Assembly: GCA_022072445.1 (NCBI GenBank)
Contig: JAJVHV010000030.1
Coordinates: forward strand, 5,971 to 69,970
Length of the DNA stretch: 64,000 nucleotides
Reading direction: 5' to 3'
DNA from: Phycisphaerae bacterium
Lineage (GTDB): Bacteria; Planctomycetota; Phycisphaerae; UBA1845; Fen-1342
The notes under the pieces were generated by a model. The model saw only the letters and a list, made by a program, of their open reading frames with translations, was not told where the DNA came from and ran no database searches. Positions 18,752 through 28,213 of the stretch are shown here, in pieces. Within the stretch, counting starts at the first letter, position 1; the number at the start of each line of letters is the position of its first letter. The translations under genes were made by a program, and so were the position numbers.

Positions 18752-19855
18752 TCAGATCGCCACAAGCTGCCCGGCCGCAGAATCGCGGCGTGCGGGCTCC
18801 GGGTTCCCCATCAGGTCCAGCAGGCTCGGAAGATACTCGGTCATCCGCGCGATCCCCGCAGGCGCCTGTCCCGTCTCCGCCAGCAGTCGCTGGTTGTCGT
18901 ACACCACGTTCATGTTCAGAAAGGGCAGGTAGGGCCGCATGCGGTGAAACGTCATGCGCTGACTCGGAGTGCGGACGTGCTCGCGATGGGTGCTGCCGGT
19001 CCAGGCTTCCGGTGCGATCAACCGCAGTGCCTCCGTGCGGCCGAAATAGCGGTCGACGACACGCCCGATTTCGCCGCACGACGCCGAGCGCGCCTCGCCG
19101 GCCGACACGTGGTAGGTGTCGAACGCGGTCGCGCGGCGCGTCGCCAGGTCGGCGATCGCGTCGGCGACGAACCCGACCGGCACGATGTCGAGCCGCGAGC
19201 GCGGATCGACGGGCAGCGCCGGCATCTGGTTCAGCAGCGGAATGAACCACAGAATGGTCCGCGCGAAAGCACGGTCGTGGAGTCCCTTGCTCAGAATGAT
19301 CGATGGTTTCAGCACGAGAAACGGCAACCCGCTGGCGCGAACCGTTTCCTCCGCCTCTGCTTTGGTTCGTGTGTACGCGTTCCAGTGTCCACCGGCCGTG
19401 GCCGCCTCGTCCTCTCCCAGGCAGCGATTTCGCACGGCCCCCACGCTGTACGCCGTGCCGACGTACGCGATCCGCACCAGCCGCCGGCAGTTGCGCGCGA
19501 AGTCGACGACGTGCTGCACGCCGGACAGGTTTGTCGTCCGACACTTTTGCTCGTGCGTGAACGACAGTTCGGCCGCCGCGTGGATGATGAGGTCGAGCTC
19601 GGCGCGCAGCTCGCCGGAGTCGGCGGCCGAGAGACCGAGCCCGGGCTGCGTGACGTCGCCCGCGACGGCGGTCGCGGACCGCGCGCTGTGCAGGCCGGAG
19701 CGCGCCAGCCGCTGCGCGATTCGCGCCGCTGGATCGCGCCCGTTGCGGGGCCGCACGAGCGTCCAGACGCGGTGCCCGCGCGCCAGCAGCCTTGGCAGCA
19801 GTTCGCCCCCCAGCAGCCCGGTTGCACCGGTCAGGAGGATGTTGGACTGGTTCAT
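18752..19855 (-). CDS. SDR-family NAD(P)-dependent reductase (NAD_binding_4 / thioester-reductase-like)
   Basis: NILLTGATGLLGGELL Rossmann motif, YVGTAY, and YxxxK as NAYTRTK. Confidence 0.8.
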   Translation of the reverse strand: MNQSNILLTGATGLLGGELLPRLLARGHRVWTLVRPRNGRDPAARIAQRLARSGLHSARSATAVAGDVTQPGLGLSAADSGELRAELDLIIHAAAELSFTHEQKCRTTNLSGVQHVVDFARNCRRLVRIAYVGTAYSVGAVRNRCLGEDEAATAGGHWNAYTRTKAEAEETVRASGLPFLVLKPSIILSKGLHDRAFARTILWFIPLLNQMPALPVDPRSRLDIVPVGFVADAIADLATRRATAFDTYHVSAGEARSASCGEIGRVVDRYFGRTEALRLIAPEAWTGSTHREHVRTPSQRMTFHRMRPYLPFLNMNVVYDNQRLLAETGQAPAGIARMTEYLPSLLDLMGNPEPARRDSAAGQLVAI

Positions 19856-20049
19856 CGGGTGCGATCCTCGAACGGGATCTCACATCGCACGCACACCGAT
19901 GATCGCCCGTGTCTGATTGAATGCTGGTTGGAGCATGGCCGTAACGAACACGGCCGCGCCAACACCCCGACCGTAATGCAGCCGAGCGCGAAACGCAACG
20001 TCCCGGCCGCGGCCGGCGCCGATTGCCCGCCTCGCGCCCCGAGGATAGC

Positions 20050-21333
20050 ATGCACAACTGTCGCCCCTCGGGTCTGGTCCGTGTCGCGGAGAGCCGCTTG
20101 CTCGCGCAGTCTGCCTCGTGGTCGGCGTGGCTCTGGCCCGCCATCACGCTTCTCATCGGTCTCGTCTGGCTCCGCCGGCACGCCGACCTGAACACCGCCC
20201 AGCGCGAGAAAGTCCTCACCCCCGACGACGCCGGCTCGTCCGACGCCGCGACGCTGTTCGCCTCGTCAGGCGGCGCGAGCGCGGCGTCCGTGGCGTGGCC
20301 GCGCGTCTCGATGCTGGTGGCGGCCAAAGACGAGGAGGCCAACATCGGCCGCTGCATCGCCGGCCTTCGCGCTCAGGATTACCCGAATCTCGAACTGATC
20401 TTCGTCAACGATCGCAGCACCGACCGCACACCGCAACTGATCGACGCTGCCGCCGCCGCCGACCCGCGGATCGTCGCGTGCCACGTCAAGGAGCTGCGCG
20501 CCGGCTGGTTCGGCAAGAACAACGCGATGCGCGAGGGCGCCGCCCGCGCCGGCGGCGAGTATCTGTGCTTCTCCGACGCGGATTGTGCCTTCGACGCGCC
20601 CCAGCTCGTCCGAGCTGCCGTGCGTCACGCCGTGACCGAGCGCATCGACTTCCTCTCCGTCCTGCCGCGCCTGGAGGCCGTCAGCTTCTGGGAACGCGTC
20701 ATCCAGCCGGTCGCCGGCGGCGTTCTGCTCATCTGGTACCCGCCCCGGCGCGTCAACGACCCGAACTCGCCGACGGCCTACGCCAACGGTGCTTTCATGC
20801 TCCTGCGCCGCTCGACGTATGACGCGCTCGGCGGCCACGAGCACGTGCGCACGCAAGTCAACGAGGACATGCACCTGGCACGGCGCGCCAAGAGCGCCGG
20901 TTTTACGCTCCGCTCGATCCGCAGTCAGGGGCTCTATCGCGTCCGCATGTATGCCGGCTTCGCGCAAATCTGGCGCGGCTGGAGCCGCATTTTCTACGGC
21001 TGCTTCGGCACATTCCCGCGCCTGCTGGCGACGCTGGTCTTCCTCGCCCTCTTCAGCCTCTCGCCCTACGTCACGCTGGCGGCGTCCGCGGCGACGCAGA
21101 GCGCCGCCGGCGTCGCTGCCAGTCTGCTCACCATCGGCGCGCAGCAGAGCGTACTCTGGCGCTTCTGGCGGTTATCCGGAATCCCCGCCCCCTGGGCTCT
21201 CACGTACCCGCTCGGCGCCGCCGTCTGTGCCGGGATGGTGATCGCGGCAATGGCCAAGCTGGGCGGCCTGACGACGACCACCTGGCGCGGCACGACCTAC
21301 CGCGGGCAGACGCTTCACAACACGTCCGCGTAG
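20050..21333 (+). CDS. family 2 glycosyltransferase (membrane-anchored)
   Basis: ORF 20023..21333; ATG 20050 is preceded by GAGGA. VSMLVAAKDEEANIGRCI, FVNDRSTDRT, CFSDADC (DxD), NGAFMLLRR, NEDMHLA. C-terminal TM helices. Confidence 0.8.
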   Translation: MHNCRPSGLVRVAESRLLAQSASWSAWLWPAITLLIGLVWLRRHADLNTAQREKVLTPDDAGSSDAATLFASSGGASAASVAWPRVSMLVAAKDEEANIGRCIAGLRAQDYPNLELIFVNDRSTDRTPQLIDAAAAADPRIVACHVKELRAGWFGKNNAMREGAARAGGEYLCFSDADCAFDAPQLVRAAVRHAVTERIDFLSVLPRLEAVSFWERVIQPVAGGVLLIWYPPRRVNDPNSPTAYANGAFMLLRRSTYDALGGHEHVRTQVNEDMHLARRAKSAGFTLRSIRSQGLYRVRMYAGFAQIWRGWSRIFYGCFGTFPRLLATLVFLALFSLSPYVTLAASAATQSAAGVAASLLTIGAQQSVLWRFWRLSGIPAPWALTYPLGAAVCAGMVIAAMAKLGGLTTTTWRGTTYRGQTLHNTSA

Positions 21334-21366
21334 GGCGCCGCGCCGCCGCGCCAGATCGCGCGATGC

Positions 21367-22365
21367 TCACCCGGCAGGTTCGCCGCACGAGCAGACCGGG
21401 GGCTCAGTCTGAATGAGCAGGCCAGTCGGCAGCGGCTCACCGCCAACGTCGGTTTCGAACAGCTCTGCCGCGAGGATGCGGTAGTTGCGCCCGTAGCGCT
21501 CGCACTCCGCGTCCGCCCACTCCAGCCCGAAGCCCAGCAATTGCCCGCTCGCCAGGTCGTCGGGCCAGCCCAGGCCGGCCGCCGAAAGCGGCAGGTCGAG
21601 CACGAGGAATATCTGCTCGCCATCAGACGGAACATCGACGACCAGATAGCGCTCGTCGCCAAAGGACTCGAGCGGCATCCCGGCCCGCAACCGGACGGCG
21701 GCCAGGCGGAAGACCTCGCATTCCCGCTGTCGGCCGGCGGACGCGGAAAACTCGGCGAGCACGAAGACGCGCAGTACGACCGGATTGCCGGGCCGATAGA
21801 CGTGCGGAATCGCGGCGCGCCAGCCAACCGGATACTCCAGCGTCGGGCTTGAAACGAGCAGCGCGTCGGCCGCGACCTGCCCTTCCTCCGCCGACGCACC
21901 CCGCGCGCCGCCGCGATTGTTCGGATCGCGCGGCGTTCCGTCGGCGCCGAGCGTGACGAAGTCGTCGATGAATACGTCAAAAAGCGGCGCAGCGCTCAGC
22001 CCTGGCGGACCTGGCTCGCCCGGCGGCCCCTGCTCACCGGGTGCCCCCGGTTCGCCCGGTGCTCCCGGCGGCCCAGCGGCACCGTCCTCGCCTTGCGGTC
22101 CCGATGGGCCGGCTGGCCCATCGGCGCCTGGAATGGCGCGCCCCGCCGCCTCCTCCAGTGCCTGATTCAGCTCGTCGTCGAACGCCTGGCGCTGGGCGTC
22201 GAGTGCCGCCAGTGCGATCAGCGCCGCGCCCGACGAGAACAGCAGATCGCGCCCATAATCCTGAAGAAAGAAAGCCGAACCGGGGCTGCATCCGACGCTG
22301 ACGCCGAACATCGCCGCCAGCGCGCAGAATCGGCGCCCGCGGCGGAATCGCCGCTTGTTTCGCAT
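21367..22365 (-). CDS. collagen-like triple-helix repeat lipoprotein with uncharacterised C-terminal domain
   Basis: ORF 21367..22461; probable start ATG 22365 ([26 protein letters not shown] lipobox). 14 uninterrupted G-X-Y triplets ([43 protein letters not shown], nt 22000-22128). Confidence 0.7.
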   Translation of the reverse strand: MRNKRRFRRGRRFCALAAMFGVSVGCSPGSAFFLQDYGRDLLFSSGAALIALAALDAQRQAFDDELNQALEEAAGRAIPGADGPAGPSGPQGEDGAAGPPGAPGEPGAPGEQGPPGEPGPPGLSAAPLFDVFIDDFVTLGADGTPRDPNNRGGARGASAEEGQVAADALLVSSPTLEYPVGWRAAIPHVYRPGNPVVLRVFVLAEFSASAGRQRECEVFRLAAVRLRAGMPLESFGDERYLVVDVPSDGEQIFLVLDLPLSAAGLGWPDDLASGQLLGFGLEWADAECERYGRNYRILAAELFETDVGGEPLPTGLLIQTEPPVCSCGEPAG

Positions 22366-22503
22366 TCCATGCTCCGCAAGCCCGACAGGGTGACGGCAAA
22401 CCGGCGCCGATCGACGCCGGCGCCGCGAGATCTGAGCCCTCGCTGGAACTATAGGCGCCACCCAGGTGGGATCAAGCCGCGGCTGCCCTCGTGTGTTGAT
22501 TTT

Positions 22504-23457
22504 CTAGGACAGGTCAGTCGGCTTGCGGGCGGCGATCCAGAAATTGTCGCTGAGTGGATTCGCTTTCACCGAAATGACCTCGAATCCGACATTGACGATC
22601 AGGCGGCCAAGCGTCGCCGGTGAGAAGTATTGCACGTGCTCGGGCCAGCGATAACCCGACCAGCGTGCTCCGAGAACGCGGCGCAGCAGGCAGTCGTAAT
22701 TCGGCGTTTTGTGAACCGTCACGCCGCCCGGCCGCAGCAGCTCGAACAGCCGGCGCAACACCGGCGCGGGGCGCGGCTCGTGTTCCAGATAGCTGACGGT
22801 GACAGCCAGGTCGAACGAGCCGCGTTCAAGGTCGAAATCCGCCAGCCGGCCGCACAAGACGCGCTCCGCACCCATCCGCCGCGCGGCACGCGACGCCATC
22901 TTCGGCGACGGCTCGACGCCGATCGCGTCGTACCCCCAGCGCAGCGCCAGGGCCGGCAGGCGCCCGTCTCCGCAGCCGACGTCGATCATCCGCGCGCGGC
23001 GCGTGCCGCTTGGCACTTCGGTTCCGCTCGGCGCTGCGCGCGTGCCGCTGGGCGCTGCGCGCGTGGCGTGAAGCTCACTCGGCGTCGCGCCCAGGCTCCC
23101 GTCGACGGCGATGGTCGGCGGGGCGCTGCGGCGAATCCAGCGCAGGGCGCGCGCTTCGCGGCTGGGCTTCATGAAGAGCACGGACATCGTCCAAGCCCGC
23201 GCGAAGGGGTTGCGCATCCAGCGCTCCATCCGCTCGCGCTTGAACGACTCGCTCCACTCGAACTCGGTGTCGATCGCCTCGTCGGTCGGATACTCGGGCA
23301 TGTACGGCAGCCCGCAGCCGGCGCAGCCGACCAGCCGCCAGCGGTCGTGCCGCAGCAGTTCGGCGCCGCCGACAGCGTCGCACACAGGGCAGGGGCGCGA
23401 TTCGGTCCGTTCGGCGGAGTGCGCGTCGCCGGCCCTGATCGTGCGAGGCTCAGTCAT
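22504..23457 (-). CDS. class I SAM-dependent methyltransferase with N-terminal Zn ribbon
   Basis: ORF 22504..23475. ATG 23457 forms an ATGA overlap with the upstream stop. CPVCDA..CAGCG ribbon; motif I IDVGCGDGRL; LRPGGVTV. Confidence 0.8.
   Translation of the reverse strand: MTEPRTIRAGDAHSAERTESRPCPVCDAVGGAELLRHDRWRLVGCAGCGLPYMPEYPTDEAIDTEFEWSESFKRERMERWMRNPFARAWTMSVLFMKPSREARALRWIRRSAPPTIAVDGSLGATPSELHATRAAPSGTRAAPSGTEVPSGTRRARMIDVGCGDGRLPALALRWGYDAIGVEPSPKMASRAARRMGAERVLCGRLADFDLERGSFDLAVTVSYLEHEPRPAPVLRRLFELLRPGGVTVHKTPNYDCLLRRVLGARWSGYRWPEHVQYFSPATLGRLIVNVGFEVISVKANPLSDNFWIAARKPTDLS
23003..23065. repeat. 21-nt tandem repeat inside the methyltransferase gene
   Basis: ccgct(c/g)ggcgctgcgcgcgtg x2 plus a degenerate third unit. 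It encodes TRAAPSG-TRAAPSG-TEVPSG in a linker. Confidence 0.6.
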
Positions 23458-24101
23458 TCCGGCACCTCGCGCCACGTTCGCACCTCTGCGGCGACTGCTC
23501 CGAAGCCGACCGGGAACGCGTTCTCAAGCTCGCCTATAGTCCTCGCGACTCGCTCGCAATGCTCAACCGCGCATTTCGTTGCAAGCTCGAGCGAAGGACG
23601 ATCCGTACCGTAGACCGAGTTCTTGAGTTCACGCATCCGCGATCGCGCCGTCGTGCGTGCCCGTAAGTCCCGTATCCAGGCGACTTCCGTCGCGTGTGGA
23701 TCAATGCCGCAACGGTACCATGCTTCGATGGCAGGCATCGCCACACCGATGGCTACGCTGAACGGCGCGCGTCCGACGACATGCTTCAGCATGTCGCGCG
23801 TCTGGTGAACTTCCCGGCGTACTACGCAAAGTCGGCATCGGTCCGTCGCGCAATTTGCCGCAGGACCGCCTTCGTGTGGCGGCGACCCATTCGAATCAAC
23901 GACTACCACCAAACCTCGCACGTCGCTTTGATAGTACAGGGCGCGCATGACTCCTGGCAGCATCTGATACACGTTGGGCCAGCCACGCGCCCGAAAAGGT
24001 GGGTGCTCTGGCGGTTTTGTCGTCAATCCGAGGATCGCGTTTGCCAGAACGCGCAGTGCGGCTTCGTCGGCCGGGGATTCACTCAGAATTGCCACCTTCA
24101 T
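23454..24101 (-). CDS. small DUF4276/Toprim-like protein (partner of the upstream ATPase)
   Basis: ORF 23454..24140. ATG 24101 forms an ATGA overlap with the ATPase stop. MKVAILSESPADEAAL (acidic strand-helix), LVVVVDSNG, AMPAIEAWY. Confidence 0.6.
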   Translation of the reverse strand: MKVAILSESPADEAALRVLANAILGLTTKPPEHPPFRARGWPNVYQMLPGVMRALYYQSDVRGLVVVVDSNGSPPHEGGPAANCATDRCRLCVVRREVHQTRDMLKHVVGRAPFSVAIGVAMPAIEAWYRCGIDPHATEVAWIRDLRARTTARSRMRELKNSVYGTDRPSLELATKCAVEHCERVARTIGELENAFPVGFGAVAAEVRTWREVPE

Positions 24102-25090
24102 GGCCTGCTCGGAACGCCGCCGAGCACACCCGTGTACCACGCGTCGCCGAGCGGCGCCTGCTGCAATATCTCGTCAATGTCCGGCCGGTCAATGAGCCGG
24201 GTGAACCTCGCTTCAAGGTCATGCTTGTCGGCGATGACCACGCACTCGGGATACTCGCGGAAGAGATCAAGAAAGTAAGGCGAGTGCGTCGTGGCAAGCA
24301 CCTGGACAGCCGGCCGGGCCGCCCCAACGGATTCCGGATGGCACAGCCGGAAGATCGCGTCGCGGACGTCCCGAAGCAGACGCGGGTGCAATCCGCGATC
24401 GGGCTCTTCAAGGCAGACCAGCGGAGGCGGCTCGGGCAGGTGGCTGAGCAGCAGCAGCGCCAGCGCGATCAACGTGCCGTGAGACAGGTCCTCGGCGGCG
24501 ATCTGATGCTTGCCGCTCACAGTCCGAAGTGCAACCGATTTCGCGTTCTGCTTGGGAACCAACTGCACATAATCGTACTCCGGAAGCCAGCGCCGGACTT
24601 CGGCGACGAACGACTCGAAGTTTTCGGGATGCAGGTCCTTGAGATTGTCGATCACCGAAGCGAGCTTTTCGCCACGCTCACCAAGTTCCGGCGATGGCTC
24701 TACGCCAGACGGCTGCTTGAGGACTTGGGCCTCAAATGTGAATGCGCGGATTCGAGAGAAGAACTCCTGGACGTTCGGACTCAGTTGACCGCGACTGGCC
24801 TGAGGATCGACCCATGCTCCCTTCTCCGAACCGGTTTCCCAAACACGCCTGACGACGTTGGAGTCAGAGAGTCGGCACGAAATCTCAATGCCGCGCTTCG
24901 GCGCGCCAACGGAAGCGGATCCGCTCAGTGCCCTACTGACTTTGCCCGCGAGCGCGAGGATGCCATCGACGGCAGTCGACTTCCCGGCACCGTTGGGACC
25001 CACCAGTAACGTGAACGGCCCTAACGGCAGCGTCGTGTCGCGCAGAACGCGAAAGTTCTTGAAATCAATGGATTCGATTGAGAGTGCCAT
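24098..25090 (-). CDS. ABC/SMC-like AAA ATPase (AAA_21-type)
   Basis: IESIDFKNFRVL N-terminus. Walker A GPNGAGKS, signature-like LSHGT, Walker B LVCLEEPDRGLHP, H-loop ATTHSP. Confidence 0.85.
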   Translation of the reverse strand: MALSIESIDFKNFRVLRDTTLPLGPFTLLVGPNGAGKSTAVDGILALAGKVSRALSGSASVGAPKRGIEISCRLSDSNVVRRVWETGSEKGAWVDPQASRGQLSPNVQEFFSRIRAFTFEAQVLKQPSGVEPSPELGERGEKLASVIDNLKDLHPENFESFVAEVRRWLPEYDYVQLVPKQNAKSVALRTVSGKHQIAAEDLSHGTLIALALLLLSHLPEPPPLVCLEEPDRGLHPRLLRDVRDAIFRLCHPESVGAARPAVQVLATTHSPYFLDLFREYPECVVIADKHDLEARFTRLIDRPDIDEILQQAPLGDAWYTGVLGGVPSRP

Positions 25091-25181
25091 GTCCCTCGTA
25101 TCCTAGCACGCGCGCACTAGCCCACGCAAACACACGCCGCGCGCCCGCGCCACCTGGGCGGCCACTCCGACGATTCGGCTC

Positions 25182-26693
25182 TCAGGCGCTCCGCAGCCGC
25201 AGCACCGCGCACACAACGCGCGCCCCGAACCACACAACGATCAGCCCTCCCGCCATCGCACGCGCCGTGACGAGCAAATCGCCAAACGTGAACCGGCCAA
25301 CGATCGCCGTCTGATCGGCCCAGTACCAAAACGCCGCTCCCAGCCCCTCGCCCAGCGCGACGACCAGCACGAAGCCCGCCACCGCCGGCGGGATCGCCGC
25401 GGCGGACGCAAGCACACACAGGGCCGTGTAGCGGCGGATGTCGCGGCGCGGCCGCAGACCGACGAGCAGCGCCGCAACGCTGATGAGCAGCATCCCGGCG
25501 GCACGGATGCCGGCGAAGATCGCGAGCGGGACACATGCCACCAGCAGCCAGTTCCCGCCATTTCCGCCGCCGCGGGCTTCAAGTGCGTCAAGAGTCAAGG
25601 CGAGCGCGGCCAGCGGCGCAGGTATCGCCGCCAGCAGCGATAGCACGAGCGAAACGCCGAGTCGCACGTCGGCGGCGCGGACCACCAGTGCGGTGTCGGC
25701 GAGCATCTGCGGGCGCCGCATGACCCGCCACATGACGCGCAGCCAGTGCCAACGCGAGACCGGTGACCCGCCGATCGCCTCCCGCTCGGCCAGCGCGGCA
25801 AGCGTCGCGGCGATCGGCTGGCCACACTCGGGACACTGACCAGCGAGCGGCAAACCGACCAGCAGGTAGTCGCACCGGACACATCGCGGCGGGACGGCGA
25901 GCGGCTCGCCGCTGTCGGACGGCGCGGCGATGAGCCCGTCGGAAGCGAGTGCGAGAGGCGCTGTCGCGCTCGCCGCCGTTGGCCGTGGCGCGCCTCCGCG
26001 CCCGAGGCGCAGGACGATCGCGAACCACCACGCCATGACCAGCGCCGCCAGCGAAACCAGCAGCATTTCGAACTCATCGCCGTTCAGCTTGGGTCGCGCT
26101 GTGATCCAGGCGAACCCGACCACAAGCCATAGGACCGCGCCAAACGGCAGAATGGCGTTGCTCCACAGCCCAAGCTTGACGCACCGCGCCACCAGGCCGC
26201 CGGTTGTCTCGCGCACCGCGACCCACGGCACGGCGCACAGGCCGAGCACGACCGCAACCGCCGCGACGGCCAGAACCAGGCCCGGAAACGCAAGCACGTC
26301 GCCGAGCGGCGCGGAGCGCAGGTAGAGTGTCGAGACGACGCCCGCCACGATGCGCCGCGGCGGATCGAGCGGCCCGTCCAGCGCGGGCGGAAGCTCGGGC
26401 GGGCCCAGTGTGCCGTCGGTCCGAACGATCTTGATCTGCCACGGGCCGGGGTTCGGAGTGTAGAAAAGACTGTCTGCCAGTGCAACGACCAGAGTCGCCA
26501 GAGCTGACATCAGGACGTGCATGGCCAGCGTGCGGCGCCACGACACGCCGGCCAGCCTGGCGCCTGCACGAAGCGGTGTGAAGACGACTCTCCCCGCCAA
26601 AACGATGGGGTTGCTTCGACCGGCCGCGGCCTGCGCGGCGCCTTTCATCGGCGGAGCTGCGCGCAGCGGTTGGAAGACTGCGCCGTTGGTCAT
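25182..26693 (-). CDS. polytopic membrane protein with embedded Zn ribbon
   Basis: About ten hydrophobic helices. Central CVRCDYLLVGLPLAGQCPECG ribbon. The start forms an ATGA overlap with the upstream gene. Confidence 0.6.
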   Translation of the reverse strand: MTNGAVFQPLRAAPPMKGAAQAAAGRSNPIVLAGRVVFTPLRAGARLAGVSWRRTLAMHVLMSALATLVVALADSLFYTPNPGPWQIKIVRTDGTLGPPELPPALDGPLDPPRRIVAGVVSTLYLRSAPLGDVLAFPGLVLAVAAVAVVLGLCAVPWVAVRETTGGLVARCVKLGLWSNAILPFGAVLWLVVGFAWITARPKLNGDEFEMLLVSLAALVMAWWFAIVLRLGRGGAPRPTAASATAPLALASDGLIAAPSDSGEPLAVPPRCVRCDYLLVGLPLAGQCPECGQPIAATLAALAEREAIGGSPVSRWHWLRVMWRVMRRPQMLADTALVVRAADVRLGVSLVLSLLAAIPAPLAALALTLDALEARGGGNGGNWLLVACVPLAIFAGIRAAGMLLISVAALLVGLRPRRDIRRYTALCVLASAAAIPPAVAGFVLVVALGEGLGAAFWYWADQTAIVGRFTFGDLLVTARAMAGGLIVVWFGARVVCAVLRLRSA

Positions 26694-28204
26694 GGCTGAT
26701 CGTCCATCGCGCTTTCGTCCGGCTCGCTCACCGGAACGAGGCGCGGCTCGTTCGCGGGTGCGGCACGCGGACCTGCGTAATCGATGTCATCCAGCTCGCG
26801 CGACGGGTCGCGCTTGCCGCCGTCGTCGCGCGCGTTGTAGCCACACGAATAGAGTTGAATGCTCCCGTCGTCGCTGTGCACGTAGCGGAACGTCTGACCC
26901 GGAGTGATTGGATCGTCGGGAAGCGCCGCGAGGAATTCCGGGACCAGCTCGCGCAGCTCCGCCGGATAGCGATGATGCACGCGATGAAATCGCTGCAGGG
27001 CGATCAGGACGCTTATCGACCTCCATTGCGCCAGGTTGCCGAGCGGTATCTGGTACGTCCGCGTGCTGAAGGGATGCCCCCGGTCGGGTGACTGCCCCAG
27101 CAGCGGGCCGGCAGCGGCCGAGTACATCTCGACGGTTCTCAGTCCATCCAATCGAGCCACGGCCTGTCGATACGGCAGCTCCACCACCGATTCGGCCCGC
27201 TGGAAGAGCCGGTCGATGCGTGCTTCGATCGTGCGGCGGTCGTCGTAAATCGGCGAGAGCAGATTCCAAAGCCGGCTGCGCGCGGCCGGGGCCACGGACC
27301 CAGTGAAGGAAAGGGTGTACGTGTCGGGCTGGTCCGCCAGGACGAGCCAGCCGTTGCCATCGGCGCCGCGCGTGTAGCACATATTGACCATCAGCAGCAC
27401 GAGCCGGCGCTCGCCACGCAGCGCGCTCTGCCAGCTCGCTACGGCGTCTGGGGGCAATGCGACGAAGGCGCTCATGTCGGCCAGCAGGCCGTCGTCAGGC
27501 GAATTTTCCAGGAGCCACAAGGACGTTTCCGAGAGGGCCAGCGATTCGCATGCCACCCCGACCAGCATGTTGACCATGTAGACATGTTCGATGCCGCGTG
27601 AAATCGCAAGCGCGGCCCGCAAGCACTCCCAGGCCCTTCGCCCGTCGCGGCGCTCCTCGCGGAAGTAACGCGACGCACTACAGAGCAGCTTCACGGCGGC
27701 CCTGACCTCGGAGGAATGGATTGACGTACCGCTGTTGTCAGAGAAAAAAACGTCGATCACGAACGGCCGATCAGCCAAAGCGCACATGTCGGCGAGATGC
27801 GACTGCATCGCCGGATCGTCCAACGTGCGGATCATGCGGCGTAGCCCTGGGCGCTCTGCCGGCGACCAGGGACCTCGGCGCACGTCGTCATAGTCTAATT
27901 GATGAATGGGGCCGGATAGGGGGTCCCATGCAAACCCCGGCGGCGCTGGCTCATCGAACACCGGCGGAGCCGGCAGACGATCAAACAGCCGTCGCCACTC
28001 CGGCGTAGCGTCGTCGGGCCTGCGCGTCAGGTGCGCGGCACCGAGCGATGCGTAGTCGCCCAAACGAACGACACTGCGGCGGTTCCAGCGCTCGACGGCG
28101 AACTGGGAGAACGGTACCAGCAGCGCGATCAGGGCGATGGCAGCGATCAGCAGGACGGCTCTTCGCCCACGCCGCGCCGCCCGCCGGCCCGTCGCGCTGC
28201 TCAT
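26690..28204 (-). CDS. membrane-anchored protein of unknown function
   Basis: N-terminal RRAARRGRRAVLLIAAIALIALLV anchor. C-terminal LYSCGYNARDDGG pseudopilin-like tail motif. Confidence 0.6.
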   Translation of the reverse strand: MSSATGRRAARRGRRAVLLIAAIALIALLVPFSQFAVERWNRRSVVRLGDYASLGAAHLTRRPDDATPEWRRLFDRLPAPPVFDEPAPPGFAWDPLSGPIHQLDYDDVRRGPWSPAERPGLRRMIRTLDDPAMQSHLADMCALADRPFVIDVFFSDNSGTSIHSSEVRAAVKLLCSASRYFREERRDGRRAWECLRAALAISRGIEHVYMVNMLVGVACESLALSETSLWLLENSPDDGLLADMSAFVALPPDAVASWQSALRGERRLVLLMVNMCYTRGADGNGWLVLADQPDTYTLSFTGSVAPAARSRLWNLLSPIYDDRRTIEARIDRLFQRAESVVELPYRQAVARLDGLRTVEMYSAAAGPLLGQSPDRGHPFSTRTYQIPLGNLAQWRSISVLIALQRFHRVHHRYPAELRELVPEFLAALPDDPITPGQTFRYVHSDDGSIQLYSCGYNARDDGGKRDPSRELDDIDYAGPRAAPANEPRLVPVSEPDESAMDDQP

Positions 28205-28213
28205 GTCACCGGC

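Noticed and set aside
18135-20357. 740-aa minus-strand ORF spanning the SDR and membrane-protein region
   Set aside because: Its composition is extremely Arg/Ala/Gly/Pro-rich with no motifs. It is out of frame with well-supported genes (SDR 18752-19855). This is a typical high-GC shadow ORF.
25099-25128. Promoter candidate for the ATPase operon (TTGCGT-18 nt-TAGGAT on the minus strand)
   Set aside because: The match to consensus is weak (3/6 and 4/6), the sigma-factor repertoire is unknown, and the operon may be read through from upstream same-strand genes.
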